64,000 nucleotides of DNA from NCBI GenBank assembly GCA_950097015.1, contig CATNEN010000015.1:744001-808000 (forward strand), written 5' to 3'. The DNA is from Macrostomum hystrix (lineage: Eukaryota; Animalia; Platyhelminthes). Positions 61,801-64,000 of the stretch are shown here, piece by piece. The notes beneath the pieces were generated by a model. It did no database searches and was not told the origin of the DNA. It was given only the letters and a program-made list of their open reading frames with translations. Position numbers and translations under genes: made by a program. The first letter of the stretch is position 1; every line of letters starts with the position of its first letter.

Positions 61801-63956
61801 TCGCTGGCAGGCAGTGGTGCAGCTGCGAGACGTTCGGCTGCCACAGCCAACGACGGAGAAGTGCCGCTACGGTAAAGCCTTCATCGCTGGCACCAACCCT
61901 ATTGTCGCCTACAGCGCCGCAGCGTTCTGGAACGAAACCCAGGTGTCCGAATGGCAGCTTTTGCACCAGCCCTGCATTCCGTGTCTGCATCCGTGCGACC
62001 ATCTGCACTGCGATCCTAGTTGCCGAGACAGCGGATTCACTGAGGTGCGCTTGACTCTGCCGCAGCTGAAGTTAGTAGATGGCGAAACCTATCAGGTTGG
62101 AGGTGAGTGCAAATCATTGCTTCATCTGTCTGCTTCCTTCTGCTTCCTTCCTTCCTGTCTGAATATTAAAAGAAGCAGAGTGTTTCTTCCGCTGCAAGAC
62201 ATTGCATTAATCGTAAGCTTTAGCTTTTGAATACAAACAATTTTTTTCAGTCAAAGCTACCCAAGCGAACGGTGAGTCGTCAGTTTCTTTCAGCTCAGGG
62301 CAGCTTGTAGACACGACGCCTCCAGAGGTGGACAAAGAGGCCCCTCTGTTCTACAATGATCCCAGTTCGCCATATCCGTTTGCACCCACGAATTACACGG
62401 CTTCACTGACCTCAATCGGAGTTGTCTGGCTCATTACCGACAATGAGTCACTCATTAATGTAAGTTGCAAACAAATGTTGATATTAAAATCGCTAATTCT
62501 ACGAGTACTTAAGAAAAGACACTTATGAGCAATAATGTGGCATCTTTCTACACGACAGGAACACTTCTGGGCCCTTGGAAGCGCCCCAAAAGGCACTGAC
62601 TTGCAGCCGTGGACGTCAACAGGTGCAATTCCCGGCGGTTTAAACACTGAGCTGGTTTTGATCAACGGCCGAAAGTACTTTGCCAGCGTGCGATCCATCA
62701 ATAATGCAGGGCTTGCCACCACCTACTACGATCATCTAGGACTAACCGTAATGACAGATCCGCCAAACCTGGACAGTGTCAACGCCAGTCTCGTTGGAGT
62801 CTCCGACTTCGACTTTGACGTGTCTCCTTCTGACGCAAAGAAGCAAACGGACCAAAGTGTGCTTGGCGCCCGCTTGACGTTTGATCTCGACAGAAGTGTT
62901 GAGTACTACGGTGAGCACCATTTTGTCGTGATTTTAGCGACTGTTATAAATCTCTAGAACCTATCTTCAAGCCAATACTTAGCATTGGAAATAGTTTAAG
63001 TCTGCTCCCATTCTAGAGTTCTGCATCAGCAGCGCAGAAGGCCAGCTCGACGATGTTCTGCCGTGCGTCCCGGCGCCGAAAATGAACGATTCTGATGCCG
63101 GTGTAACCGTACAGATCAGGAACAACACCATCCAGTGGAATGACTTTGACGGTGCGGAGCAGAACTTCACCTTATCTAGTCTGAACAGAAACACGTCAGC
63201 TGAATCCGTGAGAAATAGATTCTACTTGGAGCCTGGAAAGTAAGTATACTTCAAGCGGCTTTGTTCTATTCAACTTTGGCTATATGTTTTCTTATGAATC
63301 ATTTTTTTAGTTTATTAGGCTAAGGTTTTTGCATCCCTGTCATTTTATGTTCAAAGGAGACTTAAGTTCTTTTTTTCGCATTGCGTTATAAAGCAACCAA
63401 GCTGTCAGTGTTAATGCTCTTCACACACAAAAATCCCTCCCCAGGACAATCTTCATCAACCTTCACGCCTGTACAAAGGCATACGTGTGCGCCAGCCGAA
63501 CGCTCAGCAAGCAGACGATTGTCCCGGATGACTCGTTGGTAATTCAGATTGCCCGGCTGAATTCGCAAGCCCTGCCCATGCAGTACAACTCAGAAAAGCT
63601 GGGCATGCCGGAGGTCAGAGCTATCGGCGCCTATCCAAACGGCACAGCCTTGTACTTTGAGCAGCTGACAGATGAGCGAACAAAGGCGGACTACGACTCA
63701 TCGGCTGCCGCACCGTACAAGCCGTACATTGTACACCCGGAGTGGACCAAGCACCGCACAGGTCGACTTTTGACGCGACGCATTCGGGAGTTTGGCAGCG
63801 TCTTTGCCATCTCGCCGATCGGTAGGGCAAGCGTTAAGCTGCAGGTCAAGAAGAGTCAGCTGCTGGCCCCTCCAGTTGATGACGGCTCAGGTGCACGGAG
63901 CCGACGAAGTGCGGATGAGGACGATGCGGTGGACAGCCTGATATACTGGGACGCGG
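28887..63956 (+). CDS. Giant secreted multidomain protein (vitellogenin/LLT N-domain, helical region, M23/LECT2-like domain, 21 Cys-rich repeats, PAN, >=15 FN3-like modules); ~64 exons, ~8,700 aa, probably 3'-incomplete
   Basis: Manually spliced from ATG 28887 through consecutive GT-AG introns with matching phases and no internal stop. First exons: 28887-29063, 29307-29558, 29652-29777, 29869-29954, 30037-30220, 30454-30547, 30632-30746, 30879-31056, 31179-31374, 31567-31778. Longest exon 49036-51785. The last exon starts at 63445, with a likely donor G|GTGCGT after 63956. Hydrophobic signal peptide (LVCPLLLLAAVAFVPAGC). The plus-strand ORFs in the track are its exons read into introns. Confidence 0.9.
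28960..32330 (+). other. Large lipid transfer (Vitellogenin_N-like) domain within the giant gene
   Basis: FSFKDGKQYVYDIETHT immediately after the signal peptide; beta-barrel segment WFTFHLDRAGRVNHFRYP..ATIKRGLVTAL; alpha-helical segment CVLALGTVCH..LIDALGNAA..HVRYEA. These resemble the Vtg/MTP/apolipophorin N-module. Confidence 0.7.
34640..35090 (+). other. M23-family (LECT2-like) zinc metallopeptidase-fold domain within the giant gene
   Basis: HxxxD motif HPGVD (34721-34735) followed by VVVPFKG; HxH motif HIH (35021-35029); C-terminal DASKYL, like LECT2 DPTAYL. Confidence 0.75.
35820..51070 (+). repeat. 21 tandem ~170-190-aa Cys-rich protein repeats within the giant gene
   Basis: Counted by the recurring core C-x(4-5)-C-x-G-x-x-CC..R-x-F..(D/N/E)PC..GFE-x-W..WG..IG..P-[VI]-P-x-C..W-P at about 35950, 37120, 37810, 38720, 39990, 40730, 41710, 42570, 43250, 43950, 44510, 45070, 45860, 46400, 47025, 47710, 48230, 48850, 49510, 50080 and 50765. 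Confidence 0.9.
39490..39600 (+). mobile_element. Diverged internal fragment of the same SINE family, in an intron of the giant gene
   Basis: CCTTGATCGTG..ATTTAC..AGGGCC..AAGGCGCA..GTTGAGATGTACA..GATGAG aligns by eye to the SINE body at 12260-12330. Confidence 0.4.
52176..52455 (+). mobile_element. SINE copy, diverged, in an intron of the giant gene
   Basis: Degenerate A box GGTGGCAGATCGG and B box GCTCGATTCC, then GGCGAGGCCACATTTATTTGGGGCGCAGC and GATGAGAAAGTCAGGGCAGATG.ACACA.CTGTGTG, near-identical to copy 1. A degraded 3' motif AATTG.TCTCGCTGGC lies at ~52427-52441. Confidence 0.75.
53220..63700 (+). other. String of >=15 fibronectin type III-like modules within the giant gene
   Basis: Recurring boundary motif D-x-T-P-P-x(2)-G-x-V-x-DG (e.g. 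DLTPPIAGYVLDG, DLTKPVVNRLYDG, DTSLPKSGSVVDG) followed by W-x-x-F-x-D-x-ES-x-I-x-x-Y and Y-x-x-V-x-A-x-N-x-AG. Confidence 0.8.
53990..54240 (+). other. PAN/apple domain embedded in the FN3 region of the giant gene
   Basis: Spliced sequence LCAEDCLKLGDKCRAFNYHSVSKVCEM has the PAN C-x3-C-x(5-6)-C-x-x-F-x-Y-x(5)-C pattern. Confidence 0.6.
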
Positions 63957-64000
63957 GTGCGTTGCTTTCGCAATTATAATTCCGTTTTGTGTAATGGACT

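Noticed and set aside
28860-63830. Numerous minus-strand and alternate-frame ORFs (e.g. 42583-43404, 44014-44700), and treating plus ORFs as separate genes
   Set aside because: They are shadows of GC-rich exons. The plus ORFs splice in phase into one gene, and their TTG/GTG/CTG starts are artefacts of a prokaryote-style ORF caller.
63957-63979. TAA at 63977-63979 as the true end of the giant gene
   Set aside because: A good donor (G|GTGCGT) precedes it and the sequence turns AT-rich and intron-like. A furin site only ~16 codons earlier also implies more protein follows. It cannot be settled within the window.

Overview
Eukaryotic animal genomic DNA with GT-AG introns (mostly 40-250 bp) and GC-rich exons. 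The style is most consistent with a free-living flatworm such as Macrostomum (inference only). In order, the window holds: (1) the 3' ~1,450 codons of a probable divergent RNF213/mysterin-like gene (+, <1-4761); (2) a 3.5 kb 33-bp minisatellite; (3) three paralogous secreted PAN/apple + LamG/ConA-like genes on the minus strand, two intact and one pseudogene, interleaved with RTE-like LINE fragments and a tRNA-derived SINE family (4-5 copies); (4) a complete MOB3 gene (-, 21867-26242) with a CpG-depleted first intron carrying five TAGGCCTA palindromes and an LTR-like island; (5) one giant intact multi-exon gene (+, from 28887, probably running off the window end). By manual splicing the giant gene has ~64 exons, ~26 kb CDS and ~8,700 aa. 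It encodes a secreted protein with a vitellogenin/large-lipid-transfer N-terminus, a LECT2-like M23 Zn-peptidase domain, 21 copies of a ~180-aa Cys-rich repeat I cannot assign to a named family, a PAN domain, at least 15 FN3-like modules and four furin-type sites. This gene is the most interesting object in the window. All gene models and homologies come from manual reading, not database searches.
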